This document shows positions 61,877 through 64,000 of a DNA stretch of 64,000 bases, piece by piece; position 1 is the stretch's first letter, and every line of letters starts with the position of its first letter. The stretch is from Mytilus trossulus. Lineage: Eukaryota. The notes under the pieces are model-generated. The model worked only from the letters and a program-made list of their open reading frames with translations, ran no database searches and had not been told where the DNA came from. The position numbers were made by a program, and so were the translations under genes. Where the stretch lies: positions 44,578,001 to 44,642,000 of the forward strand of contig NC_086374.1 in assembly GCF_036588685.1 (NCBI RefSeq), given 5' to 3'.

Positions 61877-64000
61877 TATTTATATACCATGCTCAGGACT
61901 TTTAAACAAAAACAGATCTTTTTAATAAGCCAAATTGGCAATGAATTAAAGAATAAAATTAACAAAATTGCACAACATTGGAGAAAAAATGTTTCTGAAA
62001 TTGCACAACATTGGAGGTCTGCAGTGGGAAATTAAATGTGTTACTGCAAATGATATTACCAATAAAAAAACGGTATACTGAAAGAGCATGTGTTTATGTA
62101 AGAAAGTGTTCCTCAAAAAAAACCGATTACGCATAAATGTATAAGTAGTGCTGAAAGACATTAAATGTGCTAGGAGTGCTGAAAGGGAGATAATTATTTG
62201 AAATAATTGCATGACATATGAATTAAGATGTTCTTAATTATAGTACTTTTAAATTATTATACAACCAAGGGAACTTGGAAATACATTTGTACAATCTTGA
62301 TGGTACATGTAATAACATTAAATTAAAATATGGATACTTTAATTTTGAAATTGAATTTTGATCATCTATCTTTGATAGAAAAAATCATGAAGAAAATTTA
62401 AGATTTAAATTATGTCTTCAAGTAAAATTTTTGTATGCATAGTACAAACTCAAATTTCGGTTTTAATCTTCTGTATTTTTTATTAAATTTTAAGTTGGGG
62501 TATCTGTTGAGTTATTGTCCAGGGAAACTTGTTTAAGTATTTCAGTTATGCACTGTGTGCATTTGTTCACAAAAACCTATTTTATACTAAAATTAGCATA
62601 TTATTATGTGTCATATGTTATAGTTGGATTTAGACATAATTACACCTTTGTGCCATATATATGTCTAATGTAAATATGAAAAACCAAACCATCCTTTTAC
62701 AAAAAATTCTCCTCTGAAACTACCAAATTTAACCAAACTTTACCAACAATCATTATTAGGGTATCTAGTTTTAAAGATGTGTACGGTGACTCGGCCAACC
62801 AACCAAGATGGCTGCCATGGCTTAAAATAGAACAATGGGGATAAATGTAGATTTTGGCTTGTAACTCTGAAACCAAAGCATTTAGAGCAAATCTGTTCAG
62901 GGTCAAATTGTTTTTCTATAATTCTATTGGTTAATTTGAAAATATTGATATGCTGTTATTTATTTATTGTGAGTGAATGTAAAAGTACATTGTAATGAAT
63001 AATGCCAAGGCTCCGTGTTGAAGGCCGTACTTTAACCTATAATGTTTTAATTTTTGAATTGTTGTTTGGATGGAGAGTTGTCTCATTGGCACTCACACCA
63101 CATCTTCCTATATCTATTCACTTGAATGTATGTAATGGTTAACTGACATCATACTTTCATATTAGTAAAGATTTTAAATAATTGGTATAATATTTTGTGA
63201 GGATAATCAGCATAGCCATGCATACATGCAGATCAGATCTGTGTTGTGTGAAGACTTTTGAAATAGCAAAGGGTACTTTAAAAACTGATGACATGGCTGA
63301 TAGTCTCATTCAGTAAAAATAATATATGTTTTAGAAACAGTAGCATATAATTAAATGTTGCTTTAAAAATGTTAAAGTAACCATTATTTACATCCTAAGT
63401 ACTATTTTATTTCATGTACAAAATGAACTCTAATTCAATGCATGCAAATTATAAAATGCTGTCTGTAGTGAATATGAATTCAGCTAAATCAAACTTTAAA
63501 TGATTTTACTTTTATCTTATATATACTTCCAAGTTAATTGTAAAAGTATGTTTATAAAAGGCAGATTGAAAGATTTTCACCTCAGATCATTGATCATGTT
63601 ATTTATCATTTTATGTGGATATTTTATAATAGTATGCCTGTATTAGATGTATTAAATGTAAATGAGAATGACTCTGTTTTATTAAGTAGAAAGAATCTTT
63701 CAAAGGTCCTTACATCCCTGGATTTCAACGTGTTTGGGTTGGAGCATTCCCAATAAAGGAAATTGAAGAAAAGCTCAGGACACAGTAAATGTTTCAAGTG
63801 TTATTCTTTTTTTTCCCCAAGTTTTGGTTATTTATTATTTTCTTCCTTGCTGTATTTAAAAAAAAAATGATAGATATTTAGATTGCATACATTGGAAAAG
63901 CAACATGATTTAACCATATTTAAAAATCTGACAACAAAATTAAGCAGAAAAATAGAGTAAAGAAATTTGTCCTGTTGAACATACGATAAATAAAGCTAAT

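Noticed and set aside
63689-63788. Short protein-like frame KESFKGPYIPGFQRVWVGAFPIKEIEEKLRTQ*
   Set aside because: No recognisable homology and no upstream exon context; it could belong to a neighbouring gene but cannot be supported.

Overview
AT-rich, intron-rich animal genomic DNA. The repeat families look like bivalve mollusc, probably Mytilus; this is inferred from recognition, not from a search. Genes I can reconstruct with splice sites and phases: (1) first exon of an integrin alpha gene (minus strand, continuing toward or beyond the left edge); (2) two complete tandem Serratia-chitobiase-type GH20 beta-N-acetylhexosaminidase modules (6683-21008 and 23092-32791); (3) HSD17B8 (minus, 8 exons, 249 aa); (4) RABGGTB (plus, 9 exons, 330 aa), head-to-head with HSD17B8 and only 184 bp between start codons. 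The best novel candidate is that the two GH20 modules splice in frame into one ~1731-aa signal-peptide/GPI-anchored double enzyme. Its two active sites differ at the Asn/Asp position that distinguishes the human HexA alpha and beta subunits. Other notable structures: a complete ~500-bp TRIM whose LTRs carry a tRNA-Asp-derived Pol III promoter; a minisatellite built from the HSD17B8 exon-4 splice acceptor; a near-intact RTE-X-like LINE with one nonsense codon and a duplicated structured 3'UTR element; and two three-level nested transposon stacks. Most short ORFs in the track are spurious. All coordinates were read by eye, and repeat boundaries are approximate.
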